Shown here: positions 63,574-64,000 of the stretch, one piece after another
Numbering within the stretch: the first letter of the stretch is position 1
Layout of the letters: each line of letters begins with the position of its first letter
Assembly: GCA_020536535.1 (NCBI GenBank)
Contig: JAHLWZ010000853.1
Coordinates: 1 to 64,000 of the forward strand
DNA: 64,000 nucleotides
Direction of reading: 5' to 3'
Source: Pelomyxa schiedti
Taxonomy: Eukaryota > Protista > Evosea
Notes under the pieces: model-generated
What the model saw: only the letters and a program-made list of their open reading frames with translations
Databases searched by the model: none
Told to the model about the DNA's origin: nothing
Made by a program: the position numbers and the translations under genes

Positions 63574-64000
63574 ATGGTAAACGGGTGCCCCGGAAATGTG
63601 TGGCTTGTTGTGCCCATGTCATTCGTCACAGGGATGGGATCTGCTTCTTTAGGAGCCTCAGGTTGAAAGCCACTTTTTTTTTTCCTCAACATTTACAATG
63701 GACACGCATAGCGTGGATGATGGTGGTGCCCATTTTGCTGTTATTCGAATGTTGGAAGTTGTATGATGTGCTGTTCATTGCGTGCTGTATGGACATTGCA
63801 TCGAGCGCCGCAATGACAGCGGTGTATTTCGAGCAGAAATACATTTGGAAGGCGCCATTATGGCTGGGACTTGCAATGGTGATTGGCGTTATTGAAATTA
63901 CTGTCGTTGGCATGTTTTACCACCATCTTACCAGTGTTAATTGCTTACAGTTGCATTGCTTCATAATTTTGCCATGGAAAACCAAGGTTTGTTCGAGACC
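63574..64000 (+). CDS. TauE/SafE (sulfite exporter, TSUP)-like membrane protein, 5' part; runs off window end
   Basis: MVNGCPGNVWLVVPMSFVTGMGSASLGAS|AWMMVVPILLLF..LYDVLFIACCMDIASSAAMTAVYFEQKYIW matches the TauE N-terminal pattern (GxxxGxxGxxxxxxxVP, then D/S..S..xYxxxxxI). It is not in the ORF track because it is open to the edge. Confidence 0.55.

Noticed and set aside
1-64000. Alternative genetic code or prokaryotic operon/defence system
   Set aside because: Stops inside conserved genes fall in GT-AG introns and spliced frames read in the standard code. No tRNA, rRNA or CRISPR array was recognised.

Overview
Eukaryotic, gene-dense, intron-rich protist DNA: short (~40-100 nt) GT-AG introns, standard code, GC-rich low-complexity first exons, and most intergenic gaps under 500 bp. 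The gene style and one lineage-type protein family suggest an archamoeba such as Pelomyxa; this is inference from recollection, not a search. I reconstructed about 25 genes by hand splicing: an EGF-domain surface protein (truncated), DCP1, an F-box-like family protein split by an assembly gap, an FG-GAP/carbohydrate-binding surface protein, a 5x TM2 protein, a PAN-GH127-SUEL glycosidase, a Rab GTPase, a 3xSH3 adaptor, a PH-C1 protein, a RhoGAP-like protein, CPSF30, ABCB1, an ML/NPC2 protein, SAC1, an Atg22-like MFS transporter, HGSNAT, a p24 protein, a PH/coiled-coil protein, FAM91A1 and a TauE-like exporter (truncated). The standout is 43801-47560, which splices into one reading frame encoding a Rho/Rac-like GTPase, ~8 WD40 repeats and a ~8-TM membrane domain. 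A ~6 kb CpG-depleted transposon island (54.1-59.9 kb) holds an RT-less chromodomain Ty3/Gypsy element, a hAT-like relic, a gag fragment and a perfect 30-bp hairpin. A TA-flanked MITE-like element lies at 25.5 kb. Exon boundaries and domain calls are manual and not verified by RNA data or database search.
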